From the NCBI GenBank assembly GCA_009783465.1, contig WRDM01000010.1, positions 2,660-66,659 of the forward strand: 64,000 bases of DNA, read 5' to 3'. Below are positions 9,373 through 19,827 of the stretch, piece after piece; the stretch's first letter is position 1; each line of letters begins with the position of its first letter. The notes beneath the pieces were generated by a model. The model had not been told where the DNA came from, ran no database searches, and saw only the letters and a program-made list of their open reading frames with translations. A program made the translations under genes and the position numbers. This stretch comes from Phycisphaerae bacterium (GTDB taxonomy: Bacteria; Planctomycetota; Phycisphaerae; SM23-33).

Positions 9373-10196
9373 TGGTTCGCAACCTTCTACTTCTGGCCAC
9401 GGTGACGGCGACGCTTCTGCTGGCCGCCGACGTGGCCGCCCAGACGCCGCTCGCGCCCGCGCCCGCAGGCCAAACGCCCGCACAGGCCGGGCCCGCCGTG
9501 CCGGAAATCTCCGATGTCCTCAACGTCATCGACAAGGCCACCGCCTCCAACGGACAGGCTGCCAACGACTGGTCGGCGCCTGTCAAAACCGCCATCGTTT
9601 TCACGTTTCTCGCCCTCCTGCCGACCGTGCTGGTGATGATGACGAGTTTTACCCGCATCGTGATCGTGCTGGGGTTTGTCCGGCGGGCGCTCACCACGCA
9701 GTCGATTCCGCCGACCATCGCGATCATCGGCCTGGCGCTGTTTCTGACGTTCTTCACGATGGCCCCGACGTTCGGTAGAATCAAGGAGCAGGCGCTCGAT
9801 CCGTATTTGAAGGACCAGATTGCCTTCGACGTGGCCGTCATGCGCGGCAACGAAGAACTCAAGGAATTCATGATCCGCCAGACGCGGACGAGCGATCTGG
9901 GATTTTTCATCGACCTGGCGGGCATCGACATGCCGCAGTCGGTGGCGGAGGTGCCCAACTACATCGCGATCCCCGCGTTCGCCATCAGCGAATTTCGGAC
10001 GGCCTTCGAAATGGGCTGCCTGCTGTTTATCCCGTTTTTGCTGGTGGATCTGGTCATCAGCAGCATTCTGTTGTCGGCGGGCATGATGATGCTGCCGCCG
10101 GCGATGATTTCGCTGCCGTTCAAGATCATCCTGTTCGTCCTGGTCGACGGCTGGCAACGACTGGCCCAGACGTTGGTGATGAGTTTTTCATACTGA
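9369..10196 (+). CDS. fliP: Flagellar export gate protein FliP
   Basis: MMTSFTRIVIVL, GMMMLPPAMISLPFKIILFVLVDGW. Confidence 0.97.
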   Translation: MMVRNLLLLATVTATLLLAADVAAQTPLAPAPAGQTPAQAGPAVPEISDVLNVIDKATASNGQAANDWSAPVKTAIVFTFLALLPTVLVMMTSFTRIVIVLGFVRRALTTQSIPPTIAIIGLALFLTFFTMAPTFGRIKEQALDPYLKDQIAFDVAVMRGNEELKEFMIRQTRTSDLGFFIDLAGIDMPQSVAEVPNYIAIPAFAISEFRTAFEMGCLLFIPFLLVDLVISSILLSAGMMMLPPAMISLPFKIILFVLVDGWQRLAQTLVMSFSY

Positions 10197-10356
10197 AGCC
10201 AGTAGCCAATAGCCAGTAGCCAATAGGTAAGGAACGCCGGCGGCGAAAAGACAATGAAAGTGGGAATGAACATGGCCATGGAAAAAAAATCCGGCCCGTG
10301 TGATGCAACGGCAGGCCTGCCATACCTGCTGGCTACTGGCTATTGGCTATTGGCTG
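10197..10356. repeat. Family A element (GCCARTA heptamer arms, GGTA...TACC inner boundary)
   Basis: GCCAGTAGCCAATAGCCAGTAGCCAATAGGT ... ACCTGCTGGCTACTGGCTATTGGCTATTGGC. Confidence 0.9.
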
Positions 10357-10365
10357 GGGTGTCGT

Positions 10366-10635
10366 ATGGATGAAGACATGGTGATTTATCTTGGCCGGCG
10401 GACGTTGGAAGTGGCGATGTTGGTGGCGGCGCCGGTGTTGACGGTGGCGTTGGTGGTGGGCATCTTGACGGGCATGATGCAGGCGGTCACGTCCATGCGG
10501 GACATGACGACGGGCATGGTGTTAAAACTCGCCGCCGTCGGCGCGACGTTGATCCTCACCGGCGGCTGGGTGTTGCAGATGGCCAAGAGTTTCACCATCG
10601 AAATTTTCAACACGATGCAGGCGATAGGACATTAA
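10366..10635 (+). CDS. fliQ: Flagellar export protein FliQ
   Basis: 89-aa two-TM protein, MQAVTSMRDMT...KL, between fliP and fliR. Confidence 0.9.
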   Translation: MDEDMVIYLGRRTLEVAMLVAAPVLTVALVVGILTGMMQAVTSMRDMTTGMVLKLAAVGATLILTGGWVLQMAKSFTIEIFNTMQAIGH

Positions 10636-10636
10636 C

Positions 10637-10920
10637 GGCAGCCACTAGCCACAAGGTATGGAAGGGTTGGCCGCATGAAAACGACGATAAATCCGAAACA
10701 CGAAACACGAAATCCGAAACAAATTCTGAACGACAAGTTCGAAAAACCAAACGCTTCGCACCGGAGCGTCACGGCGTGCGGGAAGCGAAGCGTTTGGAGT
10801 TTGGTTTTTGTCGTTTGTGATTTGTTTCGGATTTCGTGTTTCGGATTTCGGATTTCCAATCGTTTTCATGCGACAGGGCGTGCCCTACCTTGTGGCTTGT
10901 GGCTAGTGGCTAGTGGCTTC
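10637..10920. repeat. Family A element enclosing a family B (CGAAATC/CGAAACA heptamer) palindrome
   Basis: Outer GCCACTAGCCACAAGGTA / TACCTTGTGGCTTGTGGCTAGTGGC; inner AAATCCGAAACACGAAACACGAAATCCGAAACAAAT / ATTTGTTTCGGATTTCGTGTTTCGGATTT. Confidence 0.9.
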
Positions 10921-10931
10921 GAGGTTGGAAC

Positions 10932-11687
10932 GTGAGTTGGCTTTGGCCCATCCTTTGGCCGTTTATGCCGTTGTTGGCGCGGGTGGGTGGTTTTTTGGTG
11001 GCGGGGCCGATTTTCAGTTCCGCGTCGGTGCCGATGGTGGTCCGCGTGGGCGTGGTGTTGCTGTTGACGGTGTTTTTCGGGCTTTCGGGCGGGTTCGCGG
11101 CCATGCCGCCGATGGACGGCAATCCGGTGGCGGATTCGCTGTTGTTGGCGAAGGAGCTGTTGATCGGGCTGGCGTTGGGGCTGTCGTGTAACCTGGTGTA
11201 CCTGGCCGTTCAGCAGGGCGCCCGCATCACCGCGCAGCAGATGGGTATGCACGACGCCGGGCTGCTGGACCCGATCTCGGGCGAGGAGGCCCAGGCGGTG
11301 GGCATGTTGTTCGAGATGGTATTCGCGATGTTGTTTCTGACGGCCGGCGGGCACTTGGTGATGTTGAATTTGTTGGCACAGAGTTATGGCGCGTTTCCGG
11401 CGGCGGCGCCGGTGGACACGGCGGCGTTGGCGGGCATGGTGATGACGGCCAGTTCGACGATGTTGGTATTGGCGTTGAAGATGGCGGCCCCGATGCTGGC
11501 GGCGTTTCTTGTGCTGTCGGTGGTGTTGGCGGTGTTGGCGCGCGTGCTGCCGGAGATCAACATTCTCCTGGCCAGCTTTCCGCTCCGCATCGGCCTGGGG
11601 CTGCTCATGGCGGCCGGCATGATGCCCGCGCTGGGCGGCATGGCGCAGTGGATCGCGGAATGGATGACAAGGATAACTGTTTTGTAG
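10932..11687 (+). CDS. fliR: Flagellar export protein FliR
   Basis: ARVGGFLVAGPIFS, KELLIG, QQMG, GGH, ARVLPEINI. Confidence 0.93.
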   Translation: MSWLWPILWPFMPLLARVGGFLVAGPIFSSASVPMVVRVGVVLLLTVFFGLSGGFAAMPPMDGNPVADSLLLAKELLIGLALGLSCNLVYLAVQQGARITAQQMGMHDAGLLDPISGEEAQAVGMLFEMVFAMLFLTAGGHLVMLNLLAQSYGAFPAAAPVDTAALAGMVMTASSTMLVLALKMAAPMLAAFLVLSVVLAVLARVLPEINILLASFPLRIGLGLLMAAGMMPALGGMAQWIAEWMTRITVL

Positions 11688-11730
11688 TTTGGAATGTGTT
11701 TCGAATTTCGAGTTTCGGATTTCGAATTTG
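11688..11730. repeat. Solitary right arm of a family B heptamer repeat
   Basis: TGTTTCGAATTTCGAGTTTCGGATTTCGAATTT immediately after the fliR stop. Confidence 0.7.
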
Positions 11731-11739
11731 AGTTGAGCG

Positions 11740-12903
11740 ATGGCTGAGCAAAGTGCTGCCGAAAAAAAACACGCCCCAACCCTTCAGCGGATCAAGAAGG
11801 CCCGCGAGGAAGGCAAGGTGCCCCAGAGCCAGGAGGTCTCCAGCGCGTTGATGCTGGTGACGCTGCTGGGTCTTCTGGCGGCCTGCGCGGGGTCGTTGTT
11901 GAATTGCTTCAGCGATTTGATTTCCCGCGGCGTGTCGTACACGTATCGGCCTGACATGACCGAGGCGGATCTGATGAGTTCGGCGCTTCACAGTACGATT
12001 ACGGCGGTGGGGGCGACGGCGCCGTTTCTGCTGGGGACGCTGGTCGTCAGCATTGCCGGCAGCTTTCTGGTCAGCGGATGGAGCTTCTCCCCCAAGGCGG
12101 CGAAGGTTGATTTCTCGAAGATCAACCCGGTCAAGGGAATGAAGAATCTGTTCAATTCCCGCAGCCTGGTGACGCTGGTGACGGCCTTGGTCAAACTGAC
12201 CGTGTTGGTGGCGATCGTGTGGGAATACGTGCACGACAAGAAGGAGACGTTGCTGTCGCTGACGAACTGCACGCTGGCGGAGACGCTCTCGCAGATCGGC
12301 TCGCTCGTGATGGGCGTGAGCGTCCGCATCGTGTTGGCCATTCTCGCCATCGCGGGCGCGGACCTGGTGTGGCAGAAATGGAAATACAAACGGGAACTGC
12401 GGATGACCGATCAGGAGATGAAGGAAGAACGTAAGCAGTACGACGGCAACCCGCAGGTCAAAGGGCGAATTCGCACGCTGCAAATCGAGATGGCCCGCAA
12501 GCGGATGCTCCAGGCGGTGTCCCAGGCCGACGTTGTGCTGGTCAACCCCACGCACGTGGCCGTGGCCATGCGGTACGACATGGCCACCATGGCCGCGCCG
12601 ATCGTGCTGGCCAAGGGCGGCGACCTGCTGTGCGAGAAGATCAAGGAGATCGCCCGCGCCCATTCCGTGCCGATCGTTCACAGGCCCGAACTGGCCCGCG
12701 CGATCTTCGGCCAGGTGGACATCAACGAACCGATCCCCGAAACCCTCTTCGTCGCCGTCGCCGAAGTCCTCGCGATGGTCTATCGAGTCAACCGGGCGAG
12801 ACGACGGACCGAGGCACCGGCTGGCACGCGGCGACGAGACAGCAGCCACAAGCCACTAGCCACAAGCCACAAGGTACGGGGCGACGACGGCGATGGCGTG
12901 TAG
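11740..12903 (+). CDS. flhB: Flagellar export switch protein FlhB
   Basis: KAREEGKVPQSQE; LVNPTHVAVA autocleavage motif; tail SSHKPLATSHK is translated repeat. Confidence 0.97.
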   Translation: MAEQSAAEKKHAPTLQRIKKAREEGKVPQSQEVSSALMLVTLLGLLAACAGSLLNCFSDLISRGVSYTYRPDMTEADLMSSALHSTITAVGATAPFLLGTLVVSIAGSFLVSGWSFSPKAAKVDFSKINPVKGMKNLFNSRSLVTLVTALVKLTVLVAIVWEYVHDKKETLLSLTNCTLAETLSQIGSLVMGVSVRIVLAILAIAGADLVWQKWKYKRELRMTDQEMKEERKQYDGNPQVKGRIRTLQIEMARKRMLQAVSQADVVLVNPTHVAVAMRYDMATMAAPIVLAKGGDLLCEKIKEIARAHSVPIVHRPELARAIFGQVDINEPIPETLFVAVAEVLAMVYRVNRARRRTEAPAGTRRRDSSHKPLATSHKVRGDDGDGV

Positions 12904-13383
12904 AGAAAATTAAGACAATAGCATGGTTGATGTGGAAAACAATCGATTGGCCTTCCCGGCCTCGCGCGGCAGTTCCGGCACACAGCCGCGGAGCGGCATC
13001 GTTTTTAGCCCAGGGCGAGCGGTACTCCGCGAGCCCTGGGGTGGTGGCCCATCACGGAATAAGCCCCGTAGGGGCGTTTTACCGTGCCATGAATTTTGGC
13101 ATTCATATGACAATACGACGCCCCTGCGGGGCTTGAGTGTTATACAACAACTTTCCCCAGAGTTCGCGGAGTACCGCTCACCCTGGGCTATAGATGACGC
13201 CCCTCCGGGGCTTTGTGCCGGCACTCCAAGCGCAAGACCGGGGAGGCCGATTTATCTGTCTTCAACGCCGAAACGACACGCCGGTAACGTGATCGTCTCG
13301 CTGATTTTTACACATAATCAGGATGATCTGATTCACAACAGGCCCGCCATACCTGGTGGCTTGTGGCTGGTGGCTTGTGGCTC
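12841..13383. repeat. Family A element enclosing a family C REPIN-like palindrome (about 12930-13265)
   Basis: GCCACAAGCCACTAG left arm, TGGTGGCTTGTGGC right arm; inner TAGCCCAGGGCGAGCGGTACTCCGCGA / TCGCGGAGTACCGCTCACCCTGGGCTA. Confidence 0.9.
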
Positions 13384-13389
13384 TTCCTC

Positions 13390-15507
13390 ATGACAACCCT
13401 CCCCACGAACAACCTGGCCGCTGGCATTGACGGCTCGCCGCTTGGGCGGTTGATCCGGCATAACGATTTGTTGTTTGCCGGCGGCGTGGCGATGGTGTTG
13501 GCGACGTTGCTCATTCCCATGCCGCTGTTCATCATGGACATGCTGCTGGCGGTCTCGATCGCCGTGAGCCTGGCCACGCTCGTCGTCGTCCTGTCGGCCA
13601 AGGAGAGCCTGGAGTTTTCCAGCTTCCCCTCGCTGCTGCTGTTCGTCACACTGTTCCGGGTGGCGATGAACGTCGCGAGCACGCGGCTGATTCTCACCGA
13701 GGGCGCCGCCGGCGACATCATTCACACGTTCGGCACGATGGTTGTCGGCGGCAACATCGTCATCGGTTTGGTGGTGTTCCTGATTCTCGTGGTGATTCAG
13801 TTCGTCGTGATCACGCGTGGCGCGGAGCGGATCAGCGAGGTGGCGGCCCGGTTCAACCTCGACGCCATGCCGGGCAAACAGATGGCCATCGACGCCGACC
13901 TCAACGCCGGCTTGATTGGCGAGGAGGAAGCCCGCTCCCGTCGCGGCAAAATCGTCCGCGAGAGCGAGTTTTACGGCGCGATGGACGGCGCGAGCAAGTT
14001 CATCCGCGGCGACGCGCTGGCGGGCTTGATCATCGTCGCCGTCAACCTCATCGGCGGTATCGTCGTGGGCATGGTCAAAGGGTTTGGCTTCGAAAAATCC
14101 ATCAACACGTATTCCATCCTGGCCATCGGTGACGGCCTGGTGACGCAGATCCCTGCTGTCATCATCGCCACCGCCAGCGGCTTCCTCATCTCGAAAACCT
14201 CCAGCCACACCAGTGTCTCGACCGATCTGGCCAAGCAATTGCTCCAACGCAGCCGACCGCTGTACATCGTCGGCGTGCTGTTCCTGGCCATGACGGCCGT
14301 CAAGGGATTTCCCAAGGTGCCGTTCCTCGTGCTGGGCGGCGCGACGATCGCCATCGCCCGCGTCCTCCGCCGGCAGGAAGTGCAAGCCGCCGCCGACGCA
14401 GCCACTCCGCCACCCGCTGCCGCCTCCGACGACTCCAACAATGTCGAGGAACTCCTCGAAGTCGACCGCCTCTCCATTCAGGTCGGTGCGAGGCTCGTCA
14501 AAATCATCGACCCGCGACGAAAGTCGAGCCTCGCCAACCGCATCGCGCCGCTTCGCAAGAAATTCGCCCAGAACATGGGACTCGTGCTGCCCCTGGTCCG
14601 CCTGCGCGACAACGTCGCGCTCGAACCCAACACCTACGAAATCCGGCTGTATAACCACGTCGTGGCCACCGGCAGGCTCGAGGCCGAAAAATTCCTCGCC
14701 ATGGACGGCGGCGGCGTGTCCAAGCCCATGGCCGGGCAAACCGCGCGGGAACCCGTTTTCAACCTGCCGGCCCTGTGGATCGGCGCGGAGCAGAAGGAAG
14801 ACGCCGAACTTCGCGGCTACACAGTCGTCGATCCCGAAAGCGTGCTCGTGACGCACCTGAGCGAAACGCTCCGCCGCCACGCGCACGAACTGCTAAGCCG
14901 CGACGACGTGCAGAAACTCGTCGACCGTCTCAAGGAGAAAAACCCCGCCGTCGTCAACGGCGTCATCGGCGACAGCGTGCCGCTGGGCCTGCTCCATCGC
15001 GTGCTGCAAAACCTGTTGCGTGACGGCATCGCCATCCGCGACATCGCACAGATTATCGAAATCCTCGCCGACAACGCCCTGCGAACCAAGGACATCAACC
15101 TGCTGAGCGAACTGGCCCGAAAGAGCGTCGTGCGAACCATCACCGAACAGCACGCCGACGAAAAAGGCCGCATTTTGGCCATTGTGCTCGATCCGCAACT
15201 GGAGCATCAGCTTCGTACCAGCCTCGGCGAGGAGGGCTTCTCGCTGCCGGCGGAACAGTTGATGGATCTGGTGCGTCGCACCGCCGACGCGTGGCGGTTC
15301 GCGATGGAGCAAGGCCTGGACAAAACGGTGATGCTATGCGACTTCCGCATCCGCGCCCAACTGGCCGCCATGCTGATTCGACAAATCCCAGGCCTGCCGG
15401 TGCTCGCGTACGACGAAATCGCCGCCGGCACGTCGATCCAGACGCTGCGGACGGTGAATCTTCTGCCGATGGTCGATGCGACGGCACAGAAAGCCACAAG
15501 CCACTAG
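13390..15507 (+). CDS. flhA: Flagellar export protein FlhA
   Basis: EVAARFNLDAMPGKQMAIDADLNAG, FYGAMDGASKFIRGD, IGDGLVTQIP. Confidence 0.97.
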   Translation: MTTLPTNNLAAGIDGSPLGRLIRHNDLLFAGGVAMVLATLLIPMPLFIMDMLLAVSIAVSLATLVVVLSAKESLEFSSFPSLLLFVTLFRVAMNVASTRLILTEGAAGDIIHTFGTMVVGGNIVIGLVVFLILVVIQFVVITRGAERISEVAARFNLDAMPGKQMAIDADLNAGLIGEEEARSRRGKIVRESEFYGAMDGASKFIRGDALAGLIIVAVNLIGGIVVGMVKGFGFEKSINTYSILAIGDGLVTQIPAVIIATASGFLISKTSSHTSVSTDLAKQLLQRSRPLYIVGVLFLAMTAVKGFPKVPFLVLGGATIAIARVLRRQEVQAAADAATPPPAAASDDSNNVEELLEVDRLSIQVGARLVKIIDPRRKSSLANRIAPLRKKFAQNMGLVLPLVRLRDNVALEPNTYEIRLYNHVVATGRLEAEKFLAMDGGGVSKPMAGQTAREPVFNLPALWIGAEQKEDAELRGYTVVDPESVLVTHLSETLRRHAHELLSRDDVQKLVDRLKEKNPAVVNGVIGDSVPLGLLHRVLQNLLRDGIAIRDIAQIIEILADNALRTKDINLLSELARKSVVRTITEQHADEKGRILAIVLDPQLEHQLRTSLGEEGFSLPAEQLMDLVRRTADAWRFAMEQGLDKTVMLCDFRIRAQLAAMLIRQIPGLPVLAYDEIAAGTSIQTLRTVNLLPMVDATAQKATSH

Positions 15508-15681
15508 CCACAAGGTAAGGAGCGACGACGGCGAAGGCGAGAAGCAGAAAGAGAAGAATGAACTCGAATGCGGCGTGAGATACGAAGAGGCCAAGAGATG
15601 ATTTTACACAGAAACAATCGGCACTGGTTTACGGCTGGACGTGCCATACCTGGTGGCTTGTGGCTAGTGGCTAGTGGCTTC
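15490..15681. repeat. Family A element that supplies the flhA stop
   Basis: AAGCCACAAGCCACTAGCCACAAGGTA ... TACCTGGTGGCTTGTGGCTAGTGGCTAGTGGCTT. Confidence 0.9.
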
Positions 15682-15701
15682 GTTTCCGGCGCGAGGCGAC
15701 G

Positions 15702-16139
15702 TTGAAACGATTCACTTGGCCATTGCAACGATTGCTGGACGTGACGCGTCAGCGTGAGTCGGCCGCTCGGGCGGCGGTGATTGCGTTGGCGCAGGCCATT
15801 GCCGTCGGGCGCGGGAAGATGGCCGCGTTGTATTCGCGGCGGCGGGATCTGCTCGACGAGTTGTCGCGCGACGACATCGCCCGGCGGGTGGCGAGGCAGG
15901 ATTTTGTGATGGCGTCAGCGGACCAGTTAACGAGCCAGTCGCGGGCGCTGGAAACGGAATTGGCCGGGCTGGCGGCGAGGCGGAAGGCTAAGACGGCCGA
16001 GTTGATGCAGATTCGCGCCCGCCGGCGGCTGCTCGAAAAGTTACGCGAACAGGCCCATGCACAGTGGCAACAGGAACAGAATCGGCAGGAACAGCGGCAT
16101 CTGGATGAAACCGCCAGCATCGCCTTTACGAGGAAATAA
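15702..16139 (+). CDS. fliJ: Flagellar export protein FliJ
   Basis: KRFTWPLQRLLD start, coiled coil, EQRHLDE end. Confidence 0.85.
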   Translation: MKRFTWPLQRLLDVTRQRESAARAAVIALAQAIAVGRGKMAALYSRRRDLLDELSRDDIARRVARQDFVMASADQLTSQSRALETELAGLAARRKAKTAELMQIRARRRLLEKLREQAHAQWQQEQNRQEQRHLDETASIAFTRK

Positions 16140-16140
16140 C

Positions 16141-16896
16141 ATGCCAGAAAAACTTCAAAAACCCACGGAAAAAGCCATGGAAAAATCGAACGGAAAATCC
16201 GCCGAAAAAACGGCGACCCTTGCCGAGGCCGTGACGACCCGGCGGGCCATGTTCATGCTCCTGCCCCTGTTGGTGCTGGTGGGCGGGGCCAGTTTTGTCG
16301 TGAGTTTTTTCCTGTTCCGTCCCGACCCGGTTGGGCCGGTCGCGTCGCCGACTGTCCCTATGCCGGTCAGCCGTCTGGGCGACCTGCCCGCCGACCGCGA
16401 CGCGTACCAGGAAAAAATCGCCGACGTCGAAGTGAATTTCGACGAACTCGCGCGCGAGCAAAACGCCCGCAAGGCTAGCCTGGATCAGAAGGAACTCCAA
16501 CTGCGACTCCAGGAAAGTCGCCTCGCGGAAGAGGCCGCCCGACTCAAACAGGAAATCGCCGCCCTCGAAAGCGTGCAGATGCAGACGCTCGAGGCCCTTC
16601 GCAAAGTCAACGAAGCCAAAATCGCCCTCGACCAGAACCGCGTCGTGATCGCCCGCGAGGAACGGACCAACCTGAAACACCTCGTGGCCAAGTATAACGC
16701 CATGACCACGTCACAGGCGGGCGAAATTTTCCATCGCATGTGTTCTAACGGCAGCGAGGACGTGGTGGTTCGCATCCTCTACACGATGAACGAACGCTCC
16801 GCCGCCAAAATTCTCGCCGACATGCCCGATAAATCCACCAGCGCCCGCCTGACCGAACTGCTCTTGCGAGTCCGCGACCAGCAAAACGCCACGTAG
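16141..16896 (+). CDS. Flagellar protein, YlxF/FlbB/MotE-like
   Basis: One TM, coiled coil, C-terminal YNAM...VRILYTMNERSAAKILADM (MgtE-N-like); follows fliJ. Confidence 0.7.
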   Translation: MPEKLQKPTEKAMEKSNGKSAEKTATLAEAVTTRRAMFMLLPLLVLVGGASFVVSFFLFRPDPVGPVASPTVPMPVSRLGDLPADRDAYQEKIADVEVNFDELAREQNARKASLDQKELQLRLQESRLAEEAARLKQEIAALESVQMQTLEALRKVNEAKIALDQNRVVIAREERTNLKHLVAKYNAMTTSQAGEIFHRMCSNGSEDVVVRILYTMNERSAAKILADMPDKSTSARLTELLLRVRDQQNAT

Positions 16897-17003
16897 AACA
16901 TTGTTTTTGCACCCCAAAACCTTGAGCACTTCAGGATTGAGACATTATCTTTTTAGCCGCTCTATAAAGATGACAGGTCATTTCTGGATTGCTCTAACCA
17001 CAT

Positions 17004-19298
17004 TCACGGCTTGGCGGGCCTGCGTTGCTGGAGGAGCCAATCATAGATTTCGCGGTTGTTGTACACGTGGCCGATGAAGTGGTCGACGCCGGGCATTTCG
17101 GTGTATTTGATGTGCGGAACACCGGTGTCGCCGTCGGCTTTGCCGGCGGTTTCGCCGTTTGTTTTGCCGTTGGCTTCGCGGAGGCGGTTGATCGGGCCGC
17201 GGGTGTATTCGACCGGGACGATGTTGTCGGCGTCGCCGTGGAAGGCCCAGATGGGCATGTCTTTGAGCCAGACCGCCTGCTCCGGGTCCATGCCGCCGCA
17301 CAGCGGCACGATGGCGGCGAAGCGGTCAGAATAACTGGCCGCGGTGTTCCACGTGCCGAATCCGCCCATGCTGATACCCGTCAAATATACGCGGTCCGGG
17401 TCCACGCGCATCGTCGCGATCAGTTGGTCCACCAGCGACATCACGGCGGCTGGCTGCCACCATTCGTTCTCGGGGCATAGCGGCGAGACCACAATAAATG
17501 GCGAATCCTCGCGAATCCACGCCTGGCTGTTCGCCCCTTCACGCCACAGCGTTTCCAGCGGGAGATGCCGCCCGCCGGCGCCGTGCAGGTGCACCAGCAG
17601 CGGCCAGCGCTTGGCCGTGTCGGTGTCGTAGGTTTTCGGCTTGATCATAATATATGGATAAACCGGCTTGTCGCTGATGGCCTGTTTGAGTTTGACAACA
17701 TAGGCGTGGTGGCTGGCGTCGGAGCTTTGCGAAGGCCGAAGCGGCACCTGGCCGGCGATGACGTCTTCCGGCAGTTCGGACAGTCCGGAGAGCATGGCGG
17801 CGAAGAAGCCTTCACTGTCCAGGCTGCCTCGGAGGAACCACTTGAACTCCGAACCGAATATGCGAGACGGATCGTCCGTCCACACCTTCGGATTCACGCC
17901 AAATCCCTCGGGCATGTTTTCGAAACGAACACGTAAATTGGTGCCGCCCCAGGTGCCCCAGTTCAATGCATTGCCGTCCGCGACGCGATATAAGGTGAAG
18001 AAACGCGTTTTCGTCTCGCCCAGGGCCGTGATCTCCACGACCGCGCCGTATCGGCCTGGCTTGTCGGCCTTCTCCACCGGCTTGGCGTCGGCGTCGAAGT
18101 AACGCGTTTTGATGGTATAGTTGAACCCGGAAAGAATGTCCGCCAGCATCGGTTGTTTGAATCCGCATTGCGGCAGATTCTCGCCAGCGAACACCCAGGG
18201 GTGGAATGTGAATTCCAGCGCGTTGAACTGTGCGCGGCGGGACGCGAGCATGTCGCCCAGCGCCAGCGTTGCCCGGCCGCCGCCGGGAAGAACAACGGTT
18301 GCCGATTGGGGCGATTTCCCGCCGGCAAGCGACATCGGCCAGGTCATCAATCCTTCGGTCCAGCCGCTCTGGACTTGGCCGAATTCAACGTGACCAACGG
18401 CCTTGCCGTCGATTTCCACCGTTGCCGTCTTGCCGGCGAAACTGCCGTCAGCCACCACGCGCAACGCCGCATCGGCCGGCCTGTACGAATCCGCCGTGAC
18501 CGTGACGGGCACCATCTCCCGACCGATCGCCGCCAGCACCGGCGCACTGCCAGCGCCCGCCTCCGCCAGACGAATCCGCTGAAGATCCACCGGCTTGCGA
18601 GGCCCGGCGATCTGTGGCGCCAACCGCGTAAACTGTGCCCTCGACGACCCCATGTCACCGGTCTGTAATTGAACACCCAACTCAAGGCCAACCGCCGGCG
18701 TGACTCCCAACGCCGTCCATGGAATCAACAGTTCAATCGCATACCCGTCCTCGGTCGTGCGACTGGCGTATTTCGACCCCTCGGGCGGCGCGTCGTCCCA
18801 TCGGTCACCATAGAGATGAATAGAGATAAACTGTATTCTCGGCTGATTAAACTCCGCCGTTCGCCCCGGCGCAATCAGGTACTGAATCCGATCGAAATTC
18901 CCCGCCGCCTCGCGACCGACGAAAATTTCCACACAGTCGCCCTCCCAAATCTTCGCCCCCTCCGCCGGTGTGGCGTCGCGAACATCCATATAGATCAATA
19001 ACCCCTCGTCATTCCATCCCAGCCGACACCGCGCCGCATGAAACTCCCCAGCCGCCGTGCCGTAATCGGTGTCCACCATCGCGGCCACGCGAAATCCAAC
19101 ATTCCCCCAATCCGCCGCGTCAACCGTTTTTTCCGGAACACGGGGAATGTCAAAAATCGTTGTGGCGGCAGCGAGCGGCTTGTCTGCCTCGGCTGAAAAT
19201 ATCGTGGGCGCCGCAGCCGGCTTATCGCCGCAACCGGCGACAACAAGGCCCAGGACCAACATCATCAACCAACCAGTACGGATCAATGCGACGTTCAT
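17004..19298 (-). CDS. Lipoprotein: CBM9-like domain plus C-terminal alpha/beta hydrolase
   Basis: VAGC lipobox; LGWNDEGLLIYMDVRD, WEGDCVEIF, ELLIPW; LHGAG, GISMGG, WAFHGDAD, DH. Confidence 0.8.
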   Translation of the reverse strand: MNVALIRTGWLMMLVLGLVVAGCGDKPAAAPTIFSAEADKPLAAATTIFDIPRVPEKTVDAADWGNVGFRVAAMVDTDYGTAAGEFHAARCRLGWNDEGLLIYMDVRDATPAEGAKIWEGDCVEIFVGREAAGNFDRIQYLIAPGRTAEFNQPRIQFISIHLYGDRWDDAPPEGSKYASRTTEDGYAIELLIPWTALGVTPAVGLELGVQLQTGDMGSSRAQFTRLAPQIAGPRKPVDLQRIRLAEAGAGSAPVLAAIGREMVPVTVTADSYRPADAALRVVADGSFAGKTATVEIDGKAVGHVEFGQVQSGWTEGLMTWPMSLAGGKSPQSATVVLPGGGRATLALGDMLASRRAQFNALEFTFHPWVFAGENLPQCGFKQPMLADILSGFNYTIKTRYFDADAKPVEKADKPGRYGAVVEITALGETKTRFFTLYRVADGNALNWGTWGGTNLRVRFENMPEGFGVNPKVWTDDPSRIFGSEFKWFLRGSLDSEGFFAAMLSGLSELPEDVIAGQVPLRPSQSSDASHHAYVVKLKQAISDKPVYPYIMIKPKTYDTDTAKRWPLLVHLHGAGGRHLPLETLWREGANSQAWIREDSPFIVVSPLCPENEWWQPAAVMSLVDQLIATMRVDPDRVYLTGISMGGFGTWNTAASYSDRFAAIVPLCGGMDPEQAVWLKDMPIWAFHGDADNIVPVEYTRGPINRLREANGKTNGETAGKADGDTGVPHIKYTEMPGVDHFIGHVYNNREIYDWLLQQRRPAKP

Positions 19299-19371
19299 TC
19301 TATACCCTTTCGTCTGTCTATTTTTTATATGGCAGTCGTTGCCGTGCTCGTTATTTTCTATACTTCGAGTA

Positions 19372-19827
19372 TCAAGCCGTCCGCTCAGTAAAATTGATTC
19401 TGTACGTTACCCCGGTGCCTTCGCCCATGTAAAACGCGTCGGCCAGGCGGATGCGAAGCAAGCACGTATTGGGATCGTTTTCGTTCACATCCCCGTTCGT
19501 GTACCAGCTGGCAAAAACCTTGCGAAGTTTTTCCATCATCGCTCCGTTTTCCGCGGCGAGGACATGTCCCATATTTTCGCCGACGCCGTGAGCGTTCAGG
19601 TAATTCCCCCACAACTGTCCGCATGTGATCGCGACACGGCTATTCGTTCCGATCTGCTTCATTTTGTTCGAGAGCGCGTTGGTTACAACATAGAACGCCC
19701 CATCCTCATAATACGAATTCACGACGCGTATACAGATGCGGTCGCCGTCCGTCGTCGCAAGCGAAAGAAACGTATCCTGCCCAAACCGCTGGGCAAGCGT
19801 CTGAAGTGCTTCATCGTACGTGCTCAT
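19372..19827 (-). CDS. Pyridoxamine 5'-phosphate oxidase-family protein
   Basis: LSLATT, IRVVNSYYEDGAFYVVT, KMKQIGTNSRVAI; lower GC than flanks. Confidence 0.8.
   Translation of the reverse strand: MSTYDEALQTLAQRFGQDTFLSLATTDGDRICIRVVNSYYEDGAFYVVTNALSNKMKQIGTNSRVAITCGQLWGNYLNAHGVGENMGHVLAAENGAMMEKLRKVFASWYTNGDVNENDPNTCLLRIRLADAFYMGEGTGVTYRINFTERTA

Noticed and set aside
10197-13383. CRISPR array
   Set aside because: Repeats are tandem 7-mers in inverted arms, not constant repeats with unique equal-length spacers; no cas genes
8629-16896. Non-flagellar type III secretion system
   Set aside because: FliO-, FliJ- and YlxF-like genes and a FliP signal peptide indicate flagellar export
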